DNA of 64,000 bases from assembly GCA_963798845.1 (NCBI GenBank), contig CAWCUS010000006.1, positions 672,001 through 736,000 on the forward strand, given 5' to 3'. Numbering within the stretch: position 1 is the stretch's first letter; each line of letters starts with the position of its first letter. The stretch is from an uncultured Gemmatimonadales bacterium (GTDB lineage Bacteria > Gemmatimonadota > Gemmatimonadetes > Longimicrobiales > RSA9). Below are positions 39,137 to 47,774 of this stretch, one piece after another. The notes below the pieces were generated by a model. That model searched no databases. It was not told where the DNA came from and was given only the letters and a program-made list of their open reading frames with translations. The translations under genes and the position numbers were made by a program.

Positions 39137-40152
39137 AGGCGGTCCGCTACCACGGGCCGGGGCAGCCGTTCCGGCTGGAGGACGTGTCGCGTCCGGAGCC
39201 AGGCGAGTCGGAGGTCCGGGTCCGGATAGAAGCGGCCGGGGTGTGCCACACGGAGCTGCACTTCGAGACCGGTCTGCTGAACCTCGGGGTGGCCCCGCTG
39301 ACCATGGGCCACGAGATCGCGGGCGTGATCGAAGCGACGGGCCCCGGGGTTACGGACCGTGCCGTGGGGGACCGGGTGCTGGTCTACTACTACGCGGGGT
39401 GCGGCGAGTGCGAGTGGTGCCGGCGCGGCGACGAGAACCTGTGCGGTCAGCTGCGGGCGGAGTACGGCTTCTTCAACGACGGCGGGTACGCGGAGGCGGT
39501 CGTGGTGCCGGCCAGGAACGCCGTGAAATTGCCCGATTGGCTGTCGCTGGACGACGCGGCACCGATCGGCTGCGGCGTGACCACGGCCATCCACGCGTGC
39601 AACCTCGCCGAAGTGGGTGGCGGTGATGTGGTGGCGGTCTACGGGGTGGGGGCCGTGGGCTACGGCCTGGTGCAGGTGGCGAAGCAGCGAGGCGCCACGG
39701 TCATCGGGATCGGACGCACGCCCGCGAAGCTGGACCGGGCGGTGTCGCTGGGCGCGGACCACGTCGTCAACGCGGCGGAGACGGAAGACGTCGCGGCGGC
39801 GGTGCGGGAGCTGACGGGCGGCCGGGGCGCGGACGTCGTCTTCGAGCTGGTGGCGACGAACGAGACGATGCCGGCGGCGCTGGGCATGCTGGCGAAGCGG
39901 GGCGCCCTCGTCTTCATCGGCTACTCGTTCGACCGGCTGGAGACGCACCCGATCGGACTGGTGATCGGCGAAACACGCGTGATGGGGAGCGTGGGCAATA
40001 CTCTGGCGGAGCTGGAGGAGGCGGTGAGGCTCGTGGCCGAGGGGAAAGTTAGAACGCTGGTGGACCGCACGCTTCCGCTGTACCGCTTCCAGGAGGCCCT
40101 CGATGCCGTGCGTGCGAGAGAGGTCCTGGGCAGGATCGTGCTGAAGCCATGA
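39133..40152 (+). CDS. Zinc-dependent alcohol dehydrogenase (MDR family)
   Basis: GVCHTE, GHEIAG, CGECEWC...C structural Zn site, GCG, GVGAVG. Confidence 0.92.
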   Translation: MKAVRYHGPGQPFRLEDVSRPEPGESEVRVRIEAAGVCHTELHFETGLLNLGVAPLTMGHEIAGVIEATGPGVTDRAVGDRVLVYYYAGCGECEWCRRGDENLCGQLRAEYGFFNDGGYAEAVVVPARNAVKLPDWLSLDDAAPIGCGVTTAIHACNLAEVGGGDVVAVYGVGAVGYGLVQVAKQRGATVIGIGRTPAKLDRAVSLGADHVVNAAETEDVAAAVRELTGGRGADVVFELVATNETMPAALGMLAKRGALVFIGYSFDRLETHPIGLVIGETRVMGSVGNTLAELEEAVRLVAEGKVRTLVDRTLPLYRFQEALDAVRAREVLGRIVLKP

Positions 40153-40592
40153 GCGACCCGGCGGACGAGTCCCGCGGCGCCGGTGAAGAGCGTCCCGGAC
40201 GCCTGGAATGGCAGGGTGACCTTGCCCCCGGGCAGGAGCCACGGCTGCCCCCGGAAGCGGGCGAGGCCGGCGGGGCGCGGGGCGCTGAAGAGGCGGCACC
40301 GGCGCCGTCGCCCGAAGCGGCTGCGGACCGGGCAGCGCTCGACGCGTTCATGCTGGCGCTGCGGGTGATGCTTCACACGTTCGCCATCGAGGGGCCCGGG
40401 ACGGAATACGAGAAGCCGTGGGCGCTGCTCCGGCAGATCGCGGAGGGGGAGCTCACGCTCATGAGCCCGGCGGAGGTGGGCGCCAGGCATCCCGGCCTGC
40501 GCGACTTCGTGTACGAGTACGCCAACCAGCTCGTGCAGCACGATCGCGAGGTGGCGAACCGTGTCCTCCGCGGGCTGGGGAAGGCGCTTTAG
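40149..40592 (+). CDS. Hypothetical protein
   Basis: ATGA overlap with the ADH stop; low-complexity N-terminus, helical C-terminus. Confidence 0.65.
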   Translation: MSDPADESRGAGEERPGRLEWQGDLAPGQEPRLPPEAGEAGGARGAEEAAPAPSPEAAADRAALDAFMLALRVMLHTFAIEGPGTEYEKPWALLRQIAEGELTLMSPAEVGARHPGLRDFVYEYANQLVQHDREVANRVLRGLGKAL

Positions 40593-40614
40593 GCAGCCGG
40601 GAAAGGAGGCGGCC

Positions 40615-42039
40615 ATGATCCTGCGCACGTGGCGGGGCAGCACGTCGATCGAGGACGCGGAACGGTACCTGGAGTTTCTCCGTCGCGGGCCGGTCCTGGA
40701 GATGGAAGCTGCGCCCGGGAACCGCGGCGTGTGGGTTTCGCAGCGCGAAGGCGTGAACGTCGTGGAGTTCCTGGTGCTCAGCCTGTGGACGTCGGAGCAG
40801 GCGGTGACGGCGTTCGCGGGAGACGACCCGAAGCGGGCCGTCATCCTGCCGGAAGCCGAGGCGATGCTGGTGGAGAGGGACGAGACCGTCGACCATTTCG
40901 TGCTGGCGGCGGTCGGTGGGGGTACCGGCGCGGCGATGATAGCGGAGTCGCGCCGCCTGATCGGGGACGACTACCTGCCCAAGATCCGGCGCGCCCTGGA
41001 GCGGCTTCCGGCGGGCGACGTGTGGTGGCGGCCCAACGAGGCATCCAACAGCGTCGGCAATCTGCTCCTGCACATGGCCGGCAACATCCGGCAGTGGATC
41101 GTGAGCGGCGTGGGCGGGGAGCCGGACCGACGGCGTCGCCAGGAGGAGTTCGACGCTGCCGACGCCGGCGCCAAGGACGCGCTCATGGCCGCCCTGGAGT
41201 CTGCCGTGGCCGACGCGGACGCGGTGCTGGCGGGACTGGACCCGGCCCGTCTGGGCGACGGGATCCGGATCCAGGGTCACGAAACCACGGTCATGAGGGC
41301 GGTCTACCACGCCGTGGAGCACTTCTCCATGCATGCGGGGCAGATCCTGTGGATCGCGAAGTCGAGGGCGGGCCAAGGCCTGGGGCTGTACGAGACGGGG
41401 CCGGACGGACATCCGCGAGCGGCCTGGCGTAGGCCGGGACTCGTTGCGCCGAGCGGCAGGGCGACCTTGGCGGAAAGCACGGACAAGGAGCTGGAGCGGC
41501 TGCGCTACCCCATCGGGCGGTTCCGCCCGAAGGACGCCCTCTCGCCGGAGGAGCGGCTGGCGCTGATCGACGAGATCGAGGCGCTGCCGTCGGCCATGAG
41601 GGAAGCGGTATCCCCTCTGTCGCCGGCGGCGCTGGACTCGTCCTACCGGCCCGGCGGATGGACGCTGCGGCAGGTCGTCCACCACGTCCCGGACAGCCAC
41701 CTGAACGCCTACATCCGCTTCAAGCTGGCGTTGACGGAGGACGAGCCGACCATCAAGACATTCGAGGAAGCGGCCTGGGCGGAGCTCCCGGATGCGACCA
41801 CCGGCGACGTCGGGCCGTCGCTGGCCGTCCTGGACGGCCTCCACGCGCGCTGGGTTCGCCTGCTCCGCTCGATGGACACCGCCGACTTCCAGAGGGCCGT
41901 GGCGCACCCGGACGCCGGGCGGATCACGATGGACCGGCTGCTCCAGCTCTACGCGTGGCACGGCAGACACCACCTCGGGCACCTCGCGGCGGGGAGGGCG
42001 GGGAGAGTGGGGAGCGCATCGAGTCCGGCCGCCGGGTAG
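40615..42039 (+). CDS. Three-domain protein: ABM-like + DinB/DUF1572 + YfiT/BstA-type thiol S-transferase
   Basis: AGGAGG RBS; MILRTWRG...PGNRG...SLW (ABM); NSVGNLLLHMAGNIRQW...HAVEHFSMHAGQI (DinB); LRYPIG...QVVHHVPDSH...YAWHGRHH (YfiT). Confidence 0.8.
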   Translation: MILRTWRGSTSIEDAERYLEFLRRGPVLEMEAAPGNRGVWVSQREGVNVVEFLVLSLWTSEQAVTAFAGDDPKRAVILPEAEAMLVERDETVDHFVLAAVGGGTGAAMIAESRRLIGDDYLPKIRRALERLPAGDVWWRPNEASNSVGNLLLHMAGNIRQWIVSGVGGEPDRRRRQEEFDAADAGAKDALMAALESAVADADAVLAGLDPARLGDGIRIQGHETTVMRAVYHAVEHFSMHAGQILWIAKSRAGQGLGLYETGPDGHPRAAWRRPGLVAPSGRATLAESTDKELERLRYPIGRFRPKDALSPEERLALIDEIEALPSAMREAVSPLSPAALDSSYRPGGWTLRQVVHHVPDSHLNAYIRFKLALTEDEPTIKTFEEAAWAELPDATTGDVGPSLAVLDGLHARWVRLLRSMDTADFQRAVAHPDAGRITMDRLLQLYAWHGRHHLGHLAAGRAGRVGSASSPAAG

Positions 42040-42049
42040 CGGGCGCGCC

Positions 42050-42589
42050 GTGGCGGCGGCGTCGGACGCTCATCCGGACGGGGGAGTGGTGCTCCGGACC
42101 GAGCTTCGAGCGGGGGACCTGGGTCGCCTGGTCGGCCGTCAGGGCACGTTGTACGCGGCCGAGTACGGATGGAACGTCGGGTTCGAAGCATATGTCGCGG
42201 AGAGCGTCGCCCGGTTCGGGATCGAACGGGACCCGGTCAGGGAGCGGCTGTGGCAGGCGGAGCATGACGGCGAGCTGGTGGGCGCCATCGGGATCGTCGC
42301 CGGCGGAGAGGACACCGCGCAGCTGCGCTGGTTCTTCGTGGCCCCGTCGGAGAGGGGACATGGGCTGGGCCAGCGACTCCTTCAGGAAGCGCTGTCGTTC
42401 TGCCGTGGTGCGGGCTACCGGCGCGTTTTCCTGTGGACCACGAGCGACCTGACGACAGCCGCCCGCCTCTATGTGCGTGCCGGGTTCGAGCGCACGGAGC
42501 GCACGACGCACGAGCTCTGGGGTGCGCGCGTGACCGAGGAGCGATACGAACTCGTGCTGGAAGCGGACGGGCATGACACGGAGCGCTGA
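42050..42589 (+). CDS. GNAT acetyltransferase
   Basis: LYAAEYGW, ERLWQAE, AQLRWFFV, RGHGLG, FLWT, AARLY. Confidence 0.88.
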   Translation: MAAASDAHPDGGVVLRTELRAGDLGRLVGRQGTLYAAEYGWNVGFEAYVAESVARFGIERDPVRERLWQAEHDGELVGAIGIVAGGEDTAQLRWFFVAPSERGHGLGQRLLQEALSFCRGAGYRRVFLWTTSDLTTAARLYVRAGFERTERTTHELWGARVTEERYELVLEADGHDTER

Positions 42590-43220
42590 CATCGCGGCGC
42601 TCTACGACCGATGGTCCCCGAGCTACGACGAGGACGCGAACCGCACGCGTGATCTGGCCGGGGTGGTGCTGCGCCGGGAGCTGGACGGCGGAACGATCGG
42701 CAATGTGGTCGAGCTCGGGTGCGGTACCGGGCTGAACACGGCGTGGCTGGCGGGGCGCGCCCGAAGCGTGGTGGCGCTGGACTTCTCTGCCGGCATGCTG
42801 GATCGGGCGAGAGAGCGTGTGCCGGCGGGCGCCCGGTTCGTGTTGCACGACATCCGGACCCCGCTCCCCCTCGCCTCCGGGTCGGCCGACCTGCTGGTCA
42901 TCACGCTCGTTCTGGAGCACGTGGAGGCGCTGGAACCGGTGCTCGCCGAGTGCGCCCGTGTGCTGCGGCCGGGGGGCAGGCTGTTCGCCTGCGAGCTGCA
43001 CCCGCACCGCCAGCGGGAGGGTGGGCAGGCGCAGTTTTCCGAGCAAGCGGCCGGGCGGCGGATCCGCGTGCCGGCGTACCTCCACGAGCGGGTCGAGTAC
43101 GTGAACGCGGCAGTGGCCGCGGAGCTCCGGGTGGGGGGGGCGGGGGAATGGCGCGACGAGGCCGACGCGGCCGAGGGGCGGCCTCCCCGGCTGGTTTCCT
43201 TCCTCTTCGAGCGATCATGA
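42573..43220 (+). CDS. Class I SAM-dependent methyltransferase
   Basis: ELGCGTG, LDFSAGML, RVLRPGG, ELHP. Confidence 0.9.
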   Translation: MTRSADIAALYDRWSPSYDEDANRTRDLAGVVLRRELDGGTIGNVVELGCGTGLNTAWLAGRARSVVALDFSAGMLDRARERVPAGARFVLHDIRTPLPLASGSADLLVITLVLEHVEALEPVLAECARVLRPGGRLFACELHPHRQREGGQAQFSEQAAGRRIRVPAYLHERVEYVNAAVAAELRVGGAGEWRDEADAAEGRPPRLVSFLFERS

Positions 43221-43381
43221 GCGGCATGGATCCGACGGAAGCGGCGTCGACGGGGCGCATCGGCGCGACGTAATCGCGTTTGCGCCAGTCGCCGGCGCAC
43301 AGGTATCGTCGTGGCCCGGGAGCAGCGAACCGGCTGCGCCCGTGAAGCGACGGGTGAGACGGGTGAGACGGGAGGTGGAGC

Positions 43382-44194
43382 GTGATCCGCGTTTGCGTGG
43401 CGGGAGCGACCGGCTGGGTTGGACGCGCCTTGACGCCGGCGGTGGAGGCGGCGCCGGACATGGAGCTGGCCGGCGTCGTGTCCCGCTCGGCGGCGGGACG
43501 TCCGCTCGAAGAGGTGGTGTCGGGGTGCACCAGCGACCTGCTGGTGCGCGGCACCGTCGCGGAGGCGCTGAACGGAGGCGCCAATGTCCTCATCGAGTAC
43601 ACGGCACCCTCGGCGGCGAAGGCGCACGCGCTGGAAGCAATCGCACGCGGCGTGCACGTGGTCATCGGGACCTCGGGGCTCACCGACGAGGATTACGACG
43701 AAATCGACGGAGCCGCGAATGCGGCCGGCGTCGGCGTCCTGGCGGCGGGGAACTTCGCGGTGAGTGCGGTCCTGCTGCAGCGGTTCGCCGAGATGGCGGC
43801 GGGCCAGCTCCCCGCCTGGGAGGTGCTGGACTACGCGGACGACCGGAAACCGGATGCCCCGAGCGGCACCGTCCGGGAGCTCGTCCACCGGCTGTCGCTC
43901 ATCGGACGCCCCCGCCTCGCGGTGCCGGTGGAAGAGACGGAAGGGGAGCGGGCCGCGCGCGGAGCGACGATGGCGGGGATGCAGGTCCACTCGGTGCGCA
44001 TTCCAGGGATCGTGATCGGGGCGGAGGTCATCTTCGGACGGGAGGGCGAGCGGCTGTCGCTGCGCTACGATGGCGGGAGCAGCGCCGCGCCCTACGTGGA
44101 GGGGACGCTCCTGGCGACGAGGCACGTGGCGGAGCGCGTCGGGCTGAAGCGCGGCCTGGACGGACTGCTCACAGCGGAAGAGGGGACAGCGTGA
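43382..44194 (+). CDS. dapB: DapB-like (dihydrodipicolinate reductase family) oxidoreductase
   Basis: AGATGWVG, IGTSG, AGNFAV, KPDAPSGT, VHSVRIPG; the HH motif is replaced. Confidence 0.8.
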   Translation: MIRVCVAGATGWVGRALTPAVEAAPDMELAGVVSRSAAGRPLEEVVSGCTSDLLVRGTVAEALNGGANVLIEYTAPSAAKAHALEAIARGVHVVIGTSGLTDEDYDEIDGAANAAGVGVLAAGNFAVSAVLLQRFAEMAAGQLPAWEVLDYADDRKPDAPSGTVRELVHRLSLIGRPRLAVPVEETEGERAARGATMAGMQVHSVRIPGIVIGAEVIFGREGERLSLRYDGGSSAAPYVEGTLLATRHVAERVGLKRGLDGLLTAEEGTA

Positions 44195-44604
44195 CGGCGT
44201 CCGCGATGGAGGTCCTGGCTCGGAAGTTCATCCAGGTCTGGAGCGCGGGCCACATGGACCGGCTGGACGAGCTGGCCGCCCCGGACATCGTGGTGGACTA
44301 CGCCCATTTCCCAGAGCCGATCCACGGTGTGGAGGCGTTCCGGTCCGCGCTCGAGCAGACGTTCCATCACTTCCCGGACCTGGTCACCTCCGCCCGCACC
44401 GTCCTGGTGGACGGGCACGAGGCGGCGGTCGAGTGGACGTACGAAGGGACGCACACGCAGGGTGAGCTGTTCGGGGTGGCGCCGGCCGGCGCGCGCGTGA
44501 AGGTTCGGGGCATGACGCTTTACCGCGCCGAGAAGGGCCGGGTGGTGGAGGAGCGGGGAGTGGCAGACGTACTCTCGCTGATGGCGCAGGTCGGGGCGCT
44601 CTGA
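44191..44604 (+). CDS. SnoaL-like/NTF2 ester cyclase
   Basis: FPDL, EWTYEGTH, GELFGVAP; GTGA overlap with the dapB-like stop. Confidence 0.85.
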   Translation: MTASAMEVLARKFIQVWSAGHMDRLDELAAPDIVVDYAHFPEPIHGVEAFRSALEQTFHHFPDLVTSARTVLVDGHEAAVEWTYEGTHTQGELFGVAPAGARVKVRGMTLYRAEKGRVVEERGVADVLSLMAQVGAL

Positions 44605-45083
44605 TGGTCTCGGGAGACGCGGGGCTCCTGTCGCACCGGGTGGTGCTCCTCGTGACGGTCTTCGTGCTCCTCGCCGGGGGCGCGGCGGTGGAGCGGCTAC
44701 ACGAGATCGGCGCGTGGCTGGGCTCGGGGATCCTGGAAGGCGGGAGCGTGCGCGCGTGGCTCTGCCGCCTGGTGGCCACCACCCTGTTCGTCACGCTCGT
44801 GGTGCGGTCCCTCGTCCACCTGTTGCGCACCGGCGTGCTGATCCGCCGCTGGCTGGGGCTGGCCGCGTGGGTGGCGGTGCCGGCAGTCCACTGGGGTGGT
44901 GCGGCCTGGTACGAGGTGATGCCGCTCGAAGCCCTCGTGAACGTACAGCTCGGACGCGGGCCGGACGCCGGTACGATCGGGGTCAGCCTCATCGGCCTCG
45001 CGCTGGTGCTGTTCCATTTCCAGTGGGTGTTCCGGCGACCCCCGAAGACGGGCGTGAGTCCCGGCGACCCCGCAGGTTCATGA
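44604..45083 (+). CDS. Hypothetical membrane protein
   Basis: TGATG coupling to upstream gene; about four hydrophobic segments. Confidence 0.6.
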   Translation: MVSGDAGLLSHRVVLLVTVFVLLAGGAAVERLHEIGAWLGSGILEGGSVRAWLCRLVATTLFVTLVVRSLVHLLRTGVLIRRWLGLAAWVAVPAVHWGGAAWYEVMPLEALVNVQLGRGPDAGTIGVSLIGLALVLFHFQWVFRRPPKTGVSPGDPAGS

Positions 45084-45248
45084 CCTCCTCGCCGAGGTGT
45101 GCCTCCTCCGGTCGTCTGCATGGCGGGAGAAGGTAGCGGGGCGGAGACGGCGCAGGGGGAGCGACCCCATGGTGCCGGCCCGGAACGCGCGGGCCGGCGA
45201 GCCGACGTGGAGGTGCGGAATGGTGCCCGGCGGCACTATTGTGGGCGG

Positions 45249-45974
45249 ATGAGCGATTCCCTCCAACCCCGGCGCTATGACGAGCGAGAAGTCCGCCGCC
45301 TGCTGGAGCGGGCAGCCGAGCTGCAGGCGAGCGACGCGGCGGCGCCGGAGGCAGGCGGGCTTACGCTCCGGGAGCTCGAGTCGATTGCCGGAGAGGCGGG
45401 GCTGGACGCCACCCACCTGCGCAGGGCTGCGCTCGAGCTGGACACCGGCCCCGTTGGGACGCTCGGCACGCGGCTCATGGGCGCGCCAGCCCGGGTCCGG
45501 CTCGAGCGGGCGCTCCCATTCGACGCATCCGCCGAAGCGCTGACGTCCCTGGTCCCCGTCATCCAGGCTGCCGCCGACCTGCCGGGCCACGCCAGCCTGG
45601 TGGGCCGCTCGCTGACCTGGCAGGGACAGAGCCCGACCAACACCCGCACGCTTCAGATCATGGCGTTCGTGGCCGCGGGGGAGACCATCGTGCGCATCGA
45701 GGAGGGGTACGCCGGCCTGGCTGGTGGGCTGTTCGGCGGGCTCATAGGCGGCGTGGGCGGCGGTGTCGGGCTCGGCGTCGGCATCGGCGTCGGCGCGACG
45801 CTGGGCTCCGTCGTCATCGGGGTGGGAGTGCCACTGATCGCCTTCGGCGGCAGCTATCTGCTCGCTCGCGGCGGGTTCCGCTACGCGGTCGGGCGGCGCC
45901 GTGCAGTGCTGAGCACTCTCCTGGACCGGCTCGCTTCAGCGCTGGAAGAGCGCACCACGGCCGCTCCCGGCTGA
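45249..45974 (+). CDS. Hypothetical membrane protein with N-terminal helical domain
   Basis: RRYDEREVRRLLERAAELQ...LTLRELESIAGEAGLD; Gly-rich C-terminal TM hairpin. Confidence 0.7.
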   Translation: MSDSLQPRRYDEREVRRLLERAAELQASDAAAPEAGGLTLRELESIAGEAGLDATHLRRAALELDTGPVGTLGTRLMGAPARVRLERALPFDASAEALTSLVPVIQAAADLPGHASLVGRSLTWQGQSPTNTRTLQIMAFVAAGETIVRIEEGYAGLAGGLFGGLIGGVGGGVGLGVGIGVGATLGSVVIGVGVPLIAFGGSYLLARGGFRYAVGRRRAVLSTLLDRLASALEERTTAAPG

Positions 45975-46057
45975 TCGGATCGGAAGGGGTCGTCGGGGCG
46001 AGCAACTTTCGGAATCCGGGTGACGGCGGCACGTTTCCGTCTGACCCTGACAGCGAG

Positions 46058-46936
46058 GTGACGGTGACACGCGAAGCGCCGTATACGGACCCGATTGAAA
46101 CCCGACTGGAAGTGTGGGCGCGCAGCGACCCGCGCATCCGGGCCGCGCTGCTGGTGGGCTCGCGGGCGACGCCGCAGGGCGCGCTTGACCACCACTCGGA
46201 CTACGACGTGGTCCTGTTCCTCGGTTCCGGCTCGCGGCACGCGGAGGAAGATGGCTGGATCGAGTCGTTCGGGCGGCCGCTGATCGTGCTGCGCGAGTGG
46301 ACGGAGCACCGCGGCGAGCGCGTGCCCACGCGCCTGGTGCAGTACCGGGGCGGACACCGGATCGACTTCACGCTCTCGCGGGTGGACCTGTTGCACCGCA
46401 TCGCCGAGCAGGTGAACCTCCCGGACTGGCTCGGGAACGGCTACCGCATCCTCCTCGATCGGGACGGCGACGCGACGCGCCTGCCACCTCCCACGGGCAG
46501 CGCCTACATCCCGCGCCAGCCGCGGGCGTCGGAGTTCGAGGATGTGGTGAACGAGTTCTGGTGGGAGAGCTACTACGTCGGGAAGTACCTCGACCGGGGG
46601 GAGCTGCTACCCGCGCGCTACAGCGCGGAGTGCGTGATGAGGTACCGGTGCCTGATTCCCATGCTGGAGTGGTACGTGCAGCTTGGACGGGGATGGGAAC
46701 AGCCCGTGGGCGTGCGCGGGCGAGGGTTGCGGTGGCTGCTCGACCCGTCCGACCGGGAGCTCCTCGACGGAAGCTACGGGGGCCAGACGCTCGCTGAGGG
46801 GCGGGAGGGGCTGTTCTCGATGCTGTCGCTCTTCCGCAAGGCGTCCCGGGCCGTGGCGCGGGACTGCGGCTACGAGTATCCGGAAGCGCTGGACCGGGAG
46901 CTCGAGGGCCTGCTCCGCGGGAAGGGTGGGGAATAG
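46058..46936 (+). CDS. Aminoglycoside 6-adenylyltransferase family nucleotidyltransferase (AadK/ANT(6)-like)
   Basis: RIRAALLVGSRA, DHHSDYDV, RIDFTL, ILLDRDG, VNEFWW...YVGKYLDRGEL, GYEYP. Confidence 0.82.
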   Translation: MTVTREAPYTDPIETRLEVWARSDPRIRAALLVGSRATPQGALDHHSDYDVVLFLGSGSRHAEEDGWIESFGRPLIVLREWTEHRGERVPTRLVQYRGGHRIDFTLSRVDLLHRIAEQVNLPDWLGNGYRILLDRDGDATRLPPPTGSAYIPRQPRASEFEDVVNEFWWESYYVGKYLDRGELLPARYSAECVMRYRCLIPMLEWYVQLGRGWEQPVGVRGRGLRWLLDPSDRELLDGSYGGQTLAEGREGLFSMLSLFRKASRAVARDCGYEYPEALDRELEGLLRGKGGE

Positions 46937-46937
46937 G

Positions 46938-47312
46938 ATGCCGGGGCGTACGAAGGAGGCGATCGACGTGGCACGGGAACTGTCGCGGATTCCCGGCCAC
47001 TGGTCCCCGCGCATCGCCGCGGCGGTCAACGACACGCACGTGAAGCTGGCCCGGCTGCTCGGCGAGTTCGACTGGCATCGGCACGCGGACGAGGACGAGC
47101 TGTTCCTCGTGATGAAGGGGCGGCTCCTGCTCCAGTTCCGGGACCGCGACGTGTGGGTGGAAGAGGGAGAGATGGTGCTCGTCCCGCGCGGGGAAGAGCA
47201 CCGGCCCGTGGCGCCCGAGGAATGCCACGTGCTGCTGGTGGAGCCTCGTGGGACGCGGAACACCGGGACCGAAGTAACGGAACGAACCGTGGCGGTGCCG
47301 GAGTGGATCTAG
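46938..47312 (+). CDS. Cupin domain protein
   Basis: [38 protein letters not shown]. Confidence 0.88.
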   Translation: MPGRTKEAIDVARELSRIPGHWSPRIAAAVNDTHVKLARLLGEFDWHRHADEDELFLVMKGRLLLQFRDRDVWVEEGEMVLVPRGEEHRPVAPEECHVLLVEPRGTRNTGTEVTERTVAVPEWI

Positions 47313-47338
47313 ATCGAACGAGCGCGGAGCTGTGCGGC

Positions 47339-47764
47339 ATGACGGAAGAGCCGGAGAAGGTGCGGAAGAGCGAGAAAGAGTGGCGGTCGTCCCTGACGCC
47401 GGAGCAGTACGGCGTGGCGAGGCAGGGCGGGACGGAGCCGGCGTTCACGGGCGAGTACTGGGACAACAAGGATCCCGGGACGTATCGCTGCGTGGCCTGC
47501 GGCGAGCCGCTGTTCAGCTCCAGGACCAAGTACGAATCAGGAACGGGATGGCCGAGCTTCTACGAGCCGCTGTCGGAGGAGCGGGTGGCGACCCGGGAGG
47601 ATCGAAGCCACGGCATGCGCCGCACCGAGGTCCGGTGCGCGCGCTGTGAGTCGCACCTGGGGCACGTCTTCCCCGACGGCCCTCGTCCGACGGGGCTGCG
47701 CTATTGCCTGAACTCCGCGTCGCTGCGCTTCGAGCCGCAAGAGGACGACCCGCAGGGCGGATGA
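47339..47764 (+). CDS. msrB: Peptide-methionine (R)-S-oxide reductase
   Basis: [39 protein letters not shown]. Confidence 0.96.
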   Translation: MTEEPEKVRKSEKEWRSSLTPEQYGVARQGGTEPAFTGEYWDNKDPGTYRCVACGEPLFSSRTKYESGTGWPSFYEPLSEERVATREDRSHGMRRTEVRCARCESHLGHVFPDGPRPTGLRYCLNSASLRFEPQEDDPQGG

Positions 47765-47774
47765 GCTCCAGGCC

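Noticed and set aside
43217..43381. 18-aa ORF after the methyltransferase, a lysine riboswitch, and a GACGGGTGA repeat before the dapB-like gene
   Set aside because: Too short or unsupported; no riboswitch consensus is evident; the repeat has only about 2.5 units.
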